In this document: in pieces, positions 39,001 through 51,861 of the stretch | Layout: every line of letters begins with the position of its first letter | Numbering within the stretch: position 1 is the stretch's first letter | Source: Ophelia neglecta | Taxonomy: Eukaryota | Assembly: GCA_965285935.1 (NCBI GenBank) | Contig: OZ260662.1 | Location: 18,848,001 to 18,912,000, forward strand | Direction of reading: 5' to 3' | Length of the DNA: 64,000 bases | The notes under the pieces: generated by a model | The model's database searches: none | What the model was told of the DNA's origin: nothing | The model's input: only the letters and a program-made list of their open reading frames with translations | Position numbers and translations under genes: made by a program

Positions 39001-41338
39001 CCTTACTGGCAAATGACCCTACTAGGATACGAACACTATCATACAAGTTATGATACGAAATCTCCCCTTCTCTGCCTACATGCTACCAAACTCTGTTTTT
39101 TTGGGAGTGTGTGTCGCATAATTGAGGAGTAAAATGCTTAAGCTCTGCTCAAAACAAGATTTGGAGCAACTATTGGCAGCCGCAGACACTATTGGGTATG
39201 ATTTTGTCGACGAGATATTTCTAAGATGCAAAGCCTAGGTACAACAGCTTAGAATAATATGCGATAAACGAACCTGTCTTACAAACGGGAAATGGTGCCA
39301 TCTTGTGCTATATAACATAAGAGATAAAGAGGGGGAGGAAAATAAAATCTCGATGAAAGACGACACATTGAGGATGACACCAAGACTGCGCTTAACACCA
39401 GATGTCCCGTATCTTATATAGAGACTCGGCTTTAACCCACAAAATGTCAGAAAATTGGAAGATCTTGCAAGACCAATCTGTTCGTAAGCAAAATATTGCC
39501 AACGGTGAGACGAGTTATGCGATGACATTCGTACCAGTATTATAACAGGGACCTAAACTAACAAACCACATGTGTTTCGGTCAATAGCTTTGAACGAACT
39601 AGATCCGGCTTCCTTCGTGGAAATAAACAGTGTTTCAGATCAGGTTATCGGACCAGCCATTCAAGTGGGAGTGAGCAATCTTATCGATCTGTCTTATTGT
39701 CTAAGGGAACCCCCGGTTCGAGGTATATTTTCCTAGGCAACTCTCAAAGACTGAAAAATATATCAGCCAGTGGAAAACTTCTTTTTCAGACACTAGAGAA
39801 TAAAAGTTACTTTTATTGACTAATCGATATAAAAATTAAATATGCAGTTTTATATTAATCAAGGCAATGGTATCATGAACAATACTGTTATGGAAACCTT
39901 AAATTCACCTCAATGTTCAATATGAGTAGAAGTTATATAACCAATAATAACTACTCTGAGTTCCTTTTACATTTTAAGCTATTGCAACTTGAATGTTTGC
40001 ATATGGAATTACTTACAATGTATTTGCTGGTTTTCATAATACTACTTGCGAATTTAATTTTCCATTTCAAACCAATAATAATATTACTTCGGGTTCGCAT
40101 AATGTTTGCTATTACAGTTTTGCATTTACAATTACTTCAATTTGTTTTAACCACTCTAAAGAAAAAAACCAGTATGGCAACAAGAAGAGGCATTATCACA
40201 GAGGTATTTAAACACAGCATCTTCAATGTGCAATGTTGAAATCAAAGGCAAGGCACCTGTCAGGAGATCGTAAGACGTATTAGTACACAATTGCTACTAG
40301 CCTTTCCCGCCAATCTCGGTGCTGCTTCGCCTCAAGATTGTCTATTTCGGACTAGTTTCCTTATAGTGGGCGAACTATGCATGTGCACTACTATGGATAA
40401 AAGAGGAAAGTAAGTTTGACACAGTTCATTCCAAATAAACTGGTACACTACACTGCCTAGCGTAGCGACGTTCTAACCATAACATTCTTGTAAACGGAAT
40501 GGGAGGTATGGAATTGAAACAACAGGGGCTGTTTACTTAGGCTACCCATCAAATTTCCATCCATCTGTAATTTATAGCGGCCATACTGGTTCCTTTACCT
40601 GGACCAACAAAGGGACTAAACGTCGTAACCTTCACAAGCGAACGGCACGTGAAGAAAGTGCAGTGGCATTTGTGTTTCAAACATCAGAATATTGAGTACC
40701 AGGCATTGCTGCCTTGGATTTGAGGCACTGCCTTAATCATATTATTAATTACTTTTACTTTATAATTTCCATTGAACGGGCTCGGATAGAAGTTTAAACT
40801 TTTGCTTTGGTGACCAACACATTTCATTTTACACAGCCACAATGTGTCTCAAATGATGTTATGGCGTCTTCCGACATGTGCCCTGTTGGTGATCTTAACA
40901 TTTCAACCCGACCTCTCTTCGCCCCGCGGTCGTGTAGATAGACACAGCAATCATACACGGCATTTCGATGAATCAAAACTACCATACCATTGCGAGGTTT
41001 ATCTAAGAACAGACCCAGATTCTAACTCTTTCAGGGGCAACTCATCAGGGAGAGGAAAAATGTTATGGGGCAATAAACCCCCATCCAAACCTCTCTCTAG
41101 CTCCTAGGGGTCTAAAAAAAATAATGAACACTCCCAAAACATAAACCATTTGCCAGTCTGGTTTGTTTTAACTACATCTATTCATACATCCACACTTCTG
41201 ATTGTATTCAGCGACGATAAATCTAGCTACAATTAAAAAAGTGAACAATACGAAGTGCTTGACACCCATCGAAGTCTATAACATAGAAAACAGTAGTCAC
41301 TTCTCAACGGATTAGGAGTAGAATTTGGCGTGCTTCCA

Positions 41339-41382
41339 TCAAAGTTTAACGCTTCTTCCGCTAACTTCTGACAATGACGCAA
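41339..41382 (-). CDS. probable terminal exon (VASLSEVSGRSVKL*)
   Basis: acceptor tattttgaatttcag in phase 1, TGA at 41339-41341. Confidence 0.55.
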
Positions 41383-44300
41383 CTGAAATTCAAAATAATA
41401 TGTTGTCCAGCATAATAGTAGTATATTATCGAACCGCAGCATTGCGTTTAAAGTTATGTAATTATGATATATGTTGGAGTGGATGGTTGATACTGTTAAG
41501 TCGGAAATGTTCGCTAGTAATTCATGTCGCTAGTTGAGCTGCTTTATTCATACTTACGAAAATAAATGCCTAAAATTATGAAAAGCCTTCTAGATCCATG
41601 TATTCGTATTGGAACGAAGTTATTAAATTCCATAAAAATCACAATTCTTATAAATTTGCTAAATAAATTTCCTACATTTACAAATAAAAGAAATATTTCG
41701 CCCAAGGTTCTTCGACTTATGACGGTTGAGCTTCCTGTGTATTGGTTAAATTAACCCTTTCAGCTCCGAATATCGCTTATTAAAGGAGTATATGAAAATA
41801 GGGTGCGGCAATTCTTATCTTCATTCCATTTTCAGAACGGAAATAAGCAGGCGGTTAGGGGGCCTCTCTGGAGGGCTCGGGCGGTGCCTGACTATCATTA
41901 TATTAATATTATGTGGCCCAACATGACTTGGCAGTGAAAGGCTAGAAAATAACTTCGTGTGGAATATAGTGCTACATAAGGAAATCACAATCAGAACAGT
42001 TCACTACCAGGAAAGTCGCAAAACTTCTAATTGCCGAACAGTTATAGCTTATTTCTGACGTTTCAACAATTAACGTTACCTTCACTGTCGCTCCGTACCG
42101 TGAGGAGCTCACTTTCCAATATGTCCACATGTAGTTGTATTCTGCAGGCGCCTACTTCCCGAAGCACTTCCTCGGTGACCAGGAACTCAGTTAGATATTC
42201 TGAGAGCTCATTACTTTGGGACATCCTGTACATGTCGTAAACGTCTTCTCTGGTGGCGCACTGTACGACTATGTACGAGCCTCGTTTTGAGATTTCAGTG
42301 ATGAACGCCTTGTTGTGAGCGTGCAGGAACTGAACTAGACCATGCATACCAGTGCGGTCCTGCTCTTCGAGGGCGTCCAATAATCGGAAGAAGATCTTGC
42401 TAAGGGTATAGTCTTTGAGAGTAGACTTTGACATTTTCTTTTTGGGTCTGTCTGGCATATTTTCGGGTTTTTGTTGGCCTTGGTTCTCCCACATGTCGAC
42501 AAATGAGCAATCAACATAAAGAATTGTCTCCCCTGCAAAAACAAAAACAAAACCTCATGAGAGCGCACACATTTGTAATAAACAAAGCTCAGCCTTCATA
42601 CCCAATAAATCTTAGAAAAAATCTCTAGCAACTGTGACAACTGTTAATCGAGCAGCAAAAAAAGACGTTTCATCCAAATATAGTATGCAGTCATTTGATC
42701 AGGGAAAACACTGCATTCCAATGTGAATCTCATTCACGGCCATTTCAAATATCTGACGGTTTATAAGAAGGAATATGTTCATCACAGTATAAGTGACACT
42801 AAACCTTCACAGGGAACATTACACACCTCAAGATACCCATTTTTAGATCAAGTGACACGGTCCATCGCAAATCAAATGAATGTCAATTGATTTAAGGAAC
42901 GCCTTTTTTTTTATCTATCCAGAAATCAGTAGTTTATGACACATAAGCAAAAATCATCTTCTGGAATGTTATTTATTAAAGAAGCGCGCGAAGGCAGTTA
43001 AATATATTTACCCCTACTCCCCCGGGTCCCCTACTTCACATTCTCCGCTGTACCCTTAACACCCCTCCCACCCCACCTCACCCCAAACCAACCACCCGAC
43101 CACCCCATCCCCCGACCACCGACCGATCCGACGCTGGAAGATGAAGGGTGTTTTATTCCAATTTTTAGAATCCATATTTTGTTAAATGCGGGAACGCCGC
43201 CAAATTCAGCGGCTGGAATTAAGTTTCTTACGTGTATACCTTTAATGTTAATATCGCTGCCATACCTTTCCGTTTTCTCCTCTTCGGCGGCGGCACATTT
43301 GCTGTAGTTGCATACGGAGTTAGTTGATCTAAAAAAGCATAAGAAGGTAGCATGCAATCAGTAAACCACATTGATATAATATGATTTTAAGCGATAAATT
43401 CTTTCTAAGAGATGATGCTACTAATGCATATTCTATAATCATACCAGCGAGGTCTAGAAGGCCGCATTCCTTCACGGCTTGAATCAATCTCCCGACCTTA
43501 TATTCTTGAAGCGGCTCAAGGAGGCGCCACTTGTACATTGCTTCCATTAACTTCTCGCGCGGACGTCCCTTGAAACGGCCTTCGATGTCGCCAATGTCGG
43601 CATGAGTCAGACCCAGTCTCCTGGCAATCGGTCGCCAGCCATGTGGTGCCATCTCAACAACCGTATAAAATGCCTCGCGCATCCTCACTGCAAGTACACA
43701 CATCACACAGATAGTTGCCGTAGTGTAAAAAATAATAATAATAGAGAACATACACAATCAACCAGTTTTTAAAGGGAAAATATATTTCGTTTTGTTTTCG
43801 TTTCCCGACTAATCATGAAGGTTAAAAAAACTGTTTATTTAAGATTTTATCAACGTGCTGGCTATAGTGAGAAGCCATTTATCGTTTGCCACCTGTCAAT
43901 ATGGCTTAAGTTATGCAATGAAGCATGAAGCTATGCTATCTTCAATGTGTCTTCCGATGAACTATTTGGCTGCTAAGATTTTGCCAGTGGCTTTTTACCG
44001 GAAGCTGCCTTGGAATATAGCAGATTTCTCCTCCCTTTCGTCGCCAAGAGAATTCGTTTTAAATAACCCTGTTAGTACCTTCGCGATCTTCATGTGGTGC
44101 CAATATCTCGTCCACCGTGCCTCTGGAATATAATAATTTCTGGACTATATCAGCCATTCGTTTGTGCCTCGCTCTCGTCAGGGCGTTTAGGAAGTCACGT
44201 GACCTAGTAGCGCGCGCTGATTCCTTGTACCACTTTCTCAGCAGATTCCAGCATCTCATCTGAACGTCAGGATAGTCCTTACACAATCTGTCGATATCTT

Positions 44301-44922
44301 CTTTGGATGTTTTAAGCTCAACAGCTAGTGTCTTCCAATCAGGTGCCACATTGTCACAGACTATATCTAATACATCTATCCACCCTGATAAAAATAATAA
44401 CTATTATCACTATACCGATAGTAACACAGTTCGGTTATTATTAAGTGCATAAACAGTGTTACCTGTAAATTAAGGCCAACAAAGGGACTGGATGATACTT
44501 GTCTTATTTCTGAGATAGTCAGTTTAGACAGGTTATTTAACATTGAAAGTATACAGCAATATCCTTATACTTGTGGTCAGAATTGACAGGTAGTCTGATT
44601 ACAGAGGTAGTCTTTAAGGCAGGTTTCACTGTATAAGCACTTAATTTTAGCCTGTACACAACTCGCATACCGAAATATCAATGCGAGCCGAGTGCATAGT
44701 ATTTAAATAGGTTTATTGATACTGCCAACTTAATTTAATGAATACCTCCCCAACACAGGTGAAGCCTAAAAAAAAGTCTTCTTACCTTGAGTTGTTTGTA
44801 CTATATTCAATGACGTTTTAACTATATTTCGCTGATTTATTTAACAGGTAAACATACTACTAACTTTTCTCTGCCTTACTTTCCTTTGGCTGAGTACTTT
44901 TGACATTTCTCGGCGTTGTCAT
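41339..44922 (-). CDS. tandem death-domain protein with NLS and C-terminal TRADD-N/DEDD-like domain, 6 coding exons, ~383 aa
   Basis: Minus-strand exons 44922-44880, 44384-44079, 43687-43445, 43328-43266, 42532-42080, 41382-41339; all introns phase 1 GT-AG; 1152 nt. DD1 IVCDNVAPDWKTLAVEL...MRCWNLLRKW...FLNALTRARHKRMADIV; DD2 WRPIARRLGLTHADIGDIE...LMEAMYKW...LIQAVKECGLLDLAD. First and last exons are less certain. Confidence 0.85.
42080..42532 (-). CDS. TRADD-N/DEDD-C-like domain exon
   Basis: ttttgcag| GETILYVDCSF ... GSYIVVQCATREDVYDMYRMSQSNELSEYLTEFLVTEEVLREVGACRIQLHVDILESEL; donor G|GTAACG or read-through to TGA at 42063. Confidence 0.85.
43266..43328 (-). CDS. 63-nt linker exon with NLS PPPKRRKRK
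   Basis: tttttag|...DQLTPYATTANVPPPKRRKRK G|gtatgg; phase 1-1. Confidence 0.8.
43445..43687 (-). CDS. death domain 2 exon
   Basis: WRPIARRLGLTHADIGDIE ... AMYKW ... LIQAVKECGLLDLA; phase 1-1 exon. Confidence 0.9.
44079..44384 (-). CDS. death domain 1 exon
   Basis: W-x-x-L-A-x-x-L and LLxxW death-fold pattern; phase 1-1 exon. Confidence 0.88.
44454..44631. mobile_element. Tc1/mariner-pogo-type MITE remnant in a death-domain gene intron
   Basis: CAGTGTTACCTG...CAGGTTTCACTG|TA imperfect TIRs. Confidence 0.6.
44880..44922 (-). CDS. death-domain gene first coding exon (MTTPRNVKSTQPKE)
   Basis: ATG at 44922, donor A|GTAAGG in phase 1; acceptor at 44969; possible upstream UTR exon with donor CAG|GTAAGG at 46186. 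Confidence 0.6.
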
Positions 44923-46554
44923 TCCTGGCTTTTAGCAGGTTATTACGCCTCCATGTATACTACTGCACCTAGGAAAAAACAAGCAAGGCTGTTGGATGCA
45001 TTAGGTTTAAGGGAGGGCGGTTCAAACTGTGGTACGTACCATAGGATTTTTCAAACCGAAACTGCTAGCGGAGCCTTACCGAAAGCTCTTTCCAGGATAA
45101 TGCTTTGTAACGTCCACAACTGAATTGCATACTGTTCCACTCTGGACCCTTCACTGCTTAAATGTACATTACAAAAAAATTAGCATCACATATAGGCGGA
45201 CTTATATGGATCATTTTAAAAACAATACTTCTCCATTTGTTACATGGTTTTAAAGTTGCTGCTGTGTACTATACAGGCTGAATGCGTAAAATGGAAAATC
45301 TTTAAGTTCACCTTCTGTGGCGGACGCAGTGCTTAATAAAATATAAACGCCCAAAACACACATATTTTATTTTATTAAATTTCACATTAAATAAGTCATA
45401 AAAGTCGTCTGCCTTTTGATGTAAGCAAGTCATGATGACATCCCGTGAAAGTACGCTGTACACGGCCGACGGGTTTTGAAGGCTGTACATGTAGCGGATA
45501 CAGGATTGCCACACCCCCCCCCCCCCTTCCCCTGACGCGCCCGGGGGCAAATGGTGTCAAGCAATTTGGTCCGCCTGGGGCCCAAAAGGAGACAAGAACG
45601 GGACCCCTCCCCCCTGACACCCTGGGTAAATCCGTCTCTGCTTATCCATTTAATTAATATTGTTTGATACTTGTCAAACTACTTGTAATTTGTACATAAG
45701 AAAAGAAAGTAGACATGCAAGCTAAGGCTTGAGCTTGTTAGATATAATTATAATGTTATATAATGATAACAAAATAATAACGAACAACAAACAGTTTATG
45801 AGGAAAGCCGAATGTTTAAAATATAACAGTGTCCTTTTATACAAGGACACTAACCAAACATATGATTTCCCGGGGGATGGGAAATTGCCCCCCCCCCCCT
45901 GCCTCCCCCCCCCCCCGCCCAATAATTTTAAAAACGCGAAAGACTCAGTCAAAAGGACTTGGCATTTCTAATAGAACAAATTAAACCCCGGAAAATTTAC
46001 TCGACAAGAAAGCCTAACTTTAATTCAAATTCTAATGTAAATGCCGGCATCCCGGTCCCTGGAAATCATTCGTAACTTGGCTTATAAATGTATTTAACAA
46101 ACTCAAAGCAACTCCAAGTTTAAACTCCCAACAGAAATAAGTGGCAGTATTGTGACCCTCAATATAAAGTACAGTTATGACCTTACCTGTCGTCTGCTCC
46201 CGTTAGCTAGATCGGAAATGGCTAGCCCCTTGGAAGCACTATCTTATTCAAATACCTTTAAACTAACTTATACTAGTCAACACTAGTCAACACTGTACAT
46301 TTCTCCAATAAAAAGTATATAGTTAGGCTGGTATACACGTGCAAATCAAATTCTTGTTGTCCCAGAGTCTAACGCCTGAGTCCACAAATCACTGGGCATT
46401 ATATTTACACACGCACAAAGTCTATAACCCATTAGCTCGACACTTAAACAGTCCTCAGCAACGACCAAGGCGGACTGGCAGGTTAGGTAAATAAATTACC
46501 ATCGAATTAGCTATGGGGTATATCGGGGATATTGAGAAACTGATTGGGTCGAGT

Positions 46555-46560
<6 letters not shown>

Positions 46561-46603
<43 letters not shown>

Positions 46604-46616
46604 GTGGAGGGGGGGG
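46561..46616. repeat. (GA)n microsatellite followed by G-runs
   Basis: About 16 GA units then poly-G tracts. Confidence 0.9.
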
Positions 46617-49600
46617 TGTTGTTTTGAGGGGGACTTATGATAGACACCCGCTTTTAATAACCGTTATATTATAATATAAACTTCTTCTTAAGGCTTTATC
46701 TTGTAACTTAAAGTTTAGCAATCAACAGTTATAGAGTTTGCCATGCAAAGATGCAACTAAATATTAATGACTTGAAACATTGGAAAATTGCCATGGAGAG
46801 TCTTCTAGATAGGGGGGGGGGGTGACCTCCCTCCGCCCAAAGAGAAGGGATCCTCCCCCCCCCCCCCCCCCCCCCCGGTGAACACTTTATAGTCCAGTTC
46901 CTTGGCAAACGTTGCTCTGGGGGCTGTCTTCAAATTTCCGGTTATAATAAAAAGAGAGAATACCACCAGAAGCGTTCATGGGAAAGTCTACACACCCCAC
47001 ACCGTCTCAGACAGCGCCCCTCCCCCCCCCCAAATTTACAAAAGTGGATCCACGACTTAATACTTAACCCTCATTGTGAGAACTTTTCAGCCATAGCTGA
47101 ACAATAATAGTTCTCCGAGCGGCCCCATGGCCAAAAGATCAATAGACTTCAGTTGTTATGTAAATAGGTTATCGCTCAACCCGCTAAAGGCCTAGAAGTA
47201 TGAATTACGGTTTATTTATTAAGACCTAGATTAGCAAATAACTGAACAGTACTATAGAATTATCAAGTGAAATGAAAAACAGACGCCACAAAGCTAAGAG
47301 CTTTAGTCATTCGTCAGTACGGCCGACAAAGGAAGGTGTCGCTAGAGCGAAAACATGAGCGCAAAGCCAACACGGCTCATTGGAACCTTTAGTAATAGTC
47401 TGATTATACGTTGGTTTGATATGTTCGACCTTTGATAATCTGCAAGAAGTAAAGTATTACGAAGGAACGACCAATGATTCAGTTCAAGAGGATATACGAT
47501 GTCATAGCCAATCTGTGTTGCGGTTCTTTGTATACAAATAGTCTGGTTAGGGTTGAGCATAAGCCGTGTGTGCATAAAGGAGACTATATACAATATGCTT
47601 AGTTTGTGATTATTTATTAAAATTGACTGGAATTACAAAAAAAAGTGGTTTGGTATATATTTTCACGTTAATACTACCACCATACCGCTTAGCTTAATGT
47701 TAGCTTCATAAATAGGGTCAATAGCTTCTGGCCAGATGGGGGAAACGGTACCTGGATGATGTATATGATTCTTCCTCTCAGTTAATTACAGTTAGGTGAG
47801 TAGTCCAAGAAGTATACGCCACGATTAGTAGTACACGTACCTTTCAACGAAGTAGATTTTCTTTTTGTTACGTTATCATAATTATGACATCGAGTAGTGT
47901 CAGACACGACCTGAAGTGTATCTAACAAAGCATGATGATGCATGAGTCCTGCACAAAAAATCCTGTAGTTAAAACATGACAAATGAAGCTCGGTTATGAA
48001 CAATCAAATTTTACCTGTTTATAATTGCTGTGGATCAGACCGAAAGTGATGTAGAAGCTTAGACAGCTCTGGGCTGTTTGTAGTCTACTAGTCATTAAAT
48101 CTATAATTCTGCATGTATCATGTAATTGCATATGGCTTAAAATAAATATGATATGCCTAATCAGAATGGTAGGCCATACATACGCCTATAATAGAGACAC
48201 GTTACCTTCGATTTAATAAACATCCGTGTTTCTTATCAACACGGGCCGGACGCCATCTAATAGGGGAGGGTCAATTGTAACACCCTCCTATGGGGATGGG
48301 GGGGGGGGGATCATTAAAACTAAAACACCCATGAAAAATAGATATCATATGCATAAATTAATGAAGGAAAATACCAATTTATTTCGCACTTCGCGCAATA
48401 ATTAAGAATCTTAAGTATAGAATGCAAAGAACCAATTATTTTGACGCTTTGAACAATAATCTTGCTTCATTTTCCTTCGAGTCAATAGTTACTAGCACAG
48501 GACTCGACCGAGATACACATTTCAATACTTCACGCCGAGAAGACACGATTACTGGAATGTTTCGAGGCTGTTCATTAGCAGATATTACCTGACTAGTTAT
48601 TACCTGACTAGTTATCCCGCTTCATTACCCATACTTGGTTTCTAAGTATAACGGATGAATAATTTTCCGTTTTTCAATTGTTATCCGCGCAGAAAATATA
48701 CAAAAAAGTAAGTTTTCTGCGGCTTTTCCGCATTGCTGGGGCTTCCTCGTAGTTTGTTTACAAATAGGCTCGTCCGAACACTTCTGCGCATGTGCGACCT
48801 GATTCGCAGCTCATTAGCCTATGAATACCGCGGTTAACCCCTCGCGGTCGAAGGCCCCGATTACAATCTTTGGGTGTATACATCTCTGGTACAACGTCCT
48901 AATCAAGTGCCCCCATCCTGCTTCACTAAATCATTAATTCAAACACTGACTGAATAGGACAAAGGACCATACCATCAACCATTGATCAAACTGATAAATA
49001 TAAAACATTTTTTTTAGTTAAAAGTAGAAATTATCCTAAAGGCGCCTGAAGTTAATTTGCAAGTGTATTATATTCCTCCTTCAGTAGTCGCCTTGTCTTA
49101 TACACTCCGATACTACTTCTGAGGTTTTAGCTAATAATTCCAGTTCGTGAGCTCATTGCCAATGTACACGGTTGACGTATAAGCCCGGGGGACTGCCAGT
49201 AGCAAACCATTGTACATACTCCTTAACTAAGGATAAAGTGCGCCATTAATGGGAGACACGCTAGCTCTGTTCACGTCAATCAGACAATTATTAGTTAAAC
49301 CCCTGCTTGAGGCTACGAGTAGGGGCCAATGAGGTAATGAGCTCCTTCCGAACAAAGCAAAAAGCGGGGCGGTGGGGTTGGGGAAGGGGGCGGGGGGGAT
49401 TGTTGTCGGAGGGCTGGGGAGGGGTGAGGCGCATGATGCATGGGTATAAGTGCCAGCGTTATTGAAACAACGCCAATACCTGCGGACCAGAATATTTTTC
49501 TTTTATTGACACTGGAAACTATCACAGAGCAAGAACTTCAACTATCTACTGTGAAAAACTTGCTCCTACACAGAACCGAACCAACATTCTACTTGTATAT

Positions 49601-51499
49601 TACATAACATATAAACAATTGTAGGTTATAATTCCATTCTAATAATAAATTCCCAGTGGAACCTGGATTGTTTTAGTTTCGTCCAAAGATATTTTTGACA
49701 TAATAACAATTACAAATTGTATAATTATAGTCTTTTGAATATACGCTTGTCTTGACTTATAAGGTGTTAATGAGTTAAGGTACTCATACATACCACATCG
49801 TTTATGTTAAATAATCGTTTAGTTAGCGTCTACCATTGCTATTGTTACCTTATAAGTGAGGGTTGCATAACAAATTATTTACATTTTCTATTGAAGCCGA
49901 TTGAGGTTCGTGCCCAGTAATTAGTGTAGCTACACATTTTTAAACATGTTACCAACCGTTGAGATATTATGTACCTTAACACCTCTGCCACTCTGTTTCC
50001 GGATGCCAGGGCGTTGCGGACAGGTTGTCGTGTAAGCGTGCGTCCGGCGAAGACTAACAAGGGACACGCCTTGGTATCGTTCGTGTTTTTTAATACTAAA
50101 ATAACCACACTCGATCATAGTGTTTCCTGTTTAAGTCGTCCCTGCGACACTCACTTCGCTCTATTCTAAACTAAGTCAGCAATGGACCTACCATTAACCT
50201 TTTGGTTTCCCAGAAATGCACAGAGTATGTCATAAAGAACATCCGCATATATATTTCGTCTTATCCGTATCGCTTTTTTTGTACACCGAAAGGAGGCCTA
50301 GACACTAAACAGTTTCAAATGTTATTTGTGTTCTAACATTTTTGCTGTAATAATGGCCCCTGTAGCATGTAGATTATAAGCATTTTTTTATTTTTAAACT
50401 TTTGGATAAATATTTATTAAAATTGAGGCAAAAGCTCCAGGTTACAACGGACTTTTTCAAATTCGCGATAAAATGTTCACAACTATATCCAAATGTAACA
50501 CCCCTATTGAGGACTTGCGGACTGAAATTAAAGATTCAATCAGGCCTGAAGTGAGTAACGTTAAATCTACTAACGACGACTCTCCATTATGACTGCTCGT
50601 GTGTTGGTTTGAGCAGCCATTGTTTTAAAACCTAGGAACTAAAAGACTGCAATGGCTTTGAGTGATCATTCCAACTCATACTGATAGAAAAGTGTATGTT
50701 GCCGCTGCACCAGATTCAGTTACAATAAAAGCGGCACTGGTTCGCCTAATAGTTTACATCTTACTTACCATCGAGGAGAATCAGTACCCGTTTCTTCTTT
50801 GATATGCGTGGACCTTTCCATGCTTCTCAGGTCTTGTGTTTATCTGAGTACCGGTATCTGGCGCCCGGTTGGCCAAAGCACTCCCCGTGTACGGAATGGT
50901 CAGATAATGAGCGGGTATAGCGCTAGGTGGAAGCACCCGTTTTTTGAGACAATTTTATCACTAGTCTTAACAAGTTTGTGAGAGCGTAGACCAGTATAGA
51001 CTCTCCAAGGGCACTTTTCACCTCTGTCCTACGTTAACCACTCAGTCGTTTGTTTTGTGTTCTGCCCGCATCGTGGAAAATTTGGGTCTACTGCACATAG
51101 CAAGCGATATCAATTGTTTGCTTTCATTAACTATTTTTTTTCATTACAAGTTTATTTTACTAATTGGGAACCGGAGATTAATGTTTTGTTGTGTGTGGGC
51201 CTATCGCTGCTGGTTCCCTGATGATTTCGGACCTATTTTATGAACTATTGTCGACAGATTGCTTTCCTTCTTTTGTCTGCCGGGTATCCACTTCCGTTTT
51301 TAAGGGCTGAGTAGGCGTGCACGAAGTGATGATCGAATAGCATCAGTGAGTGTATCTACTGGTTAACCAGTTAACATTCGAGAGATCATTTTCCCAGCCA
51401 GAATGATTCCAAATGTTGACTGGCAGTGTTTATGCTATTGCATCGGTCGGGGCGTACTAGTTATAGGTAAATCGTGGCTCGTTTCTCATTAAAGGTATA

Positions 51500-51861
51500 T
51501 GTAACTGCAGTAATATCACCGCTAGTTTGTATATGGTGCAACACTTATGCCACCTGGTGAGTGTGGTGGCCGTCTTCCGCCAGTCACCGGTCACGTGGTC
51601 ACATCTGCCATTTTTCGCAGTCTCACTCCGTCACCGTGACATGCGGATGGCTGCGCTGACCAGTCCACAGGCCAAAGAGGTAACTGTTCTTATTGTTCAT
51701 TTGTACTCGTTATTTGTGTCTTATGTTAATCTATGTTAATACGTGACAGATGTGTAAATTCTATGTATTCTTTCAGTTTTACGGAGCTACGAACACCAAT
51801 AAAACTCCTGTTAAAACCTCACGCCTGTTCATGCGTCTTCTGTAAGCTCGGCGCAGCTATA
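51500..51861 (+). repeat. 5' LTR (362 bp)
   Basis: TGTAACTGC...GCAGCTATA; AATAAA at 51798; 8 substitutions versus the 3' LTR by manual comparison. Confidence 0.96.

Noticed and set aside
39300-39620. Penelope GIY-YIG C-terminal remnant (WKILQDQ...PVL)
   Set aside because: Similarity too weak to support without a profile search.
44786-44879. Longer first coding exon using the CAAG|GTAAG donor at 44785
   Set aside because: In-frame stops lie between the candidate ATGs and this donor; the donor at 44879 gives an open frame.
50494-50870. Second LTR element (TGTAACACCC...AATAAA...TGGCGCCC PBS-like)
   Set aside because: No CA terminus before TGG, no partner LTR, TSD or coding remnant.
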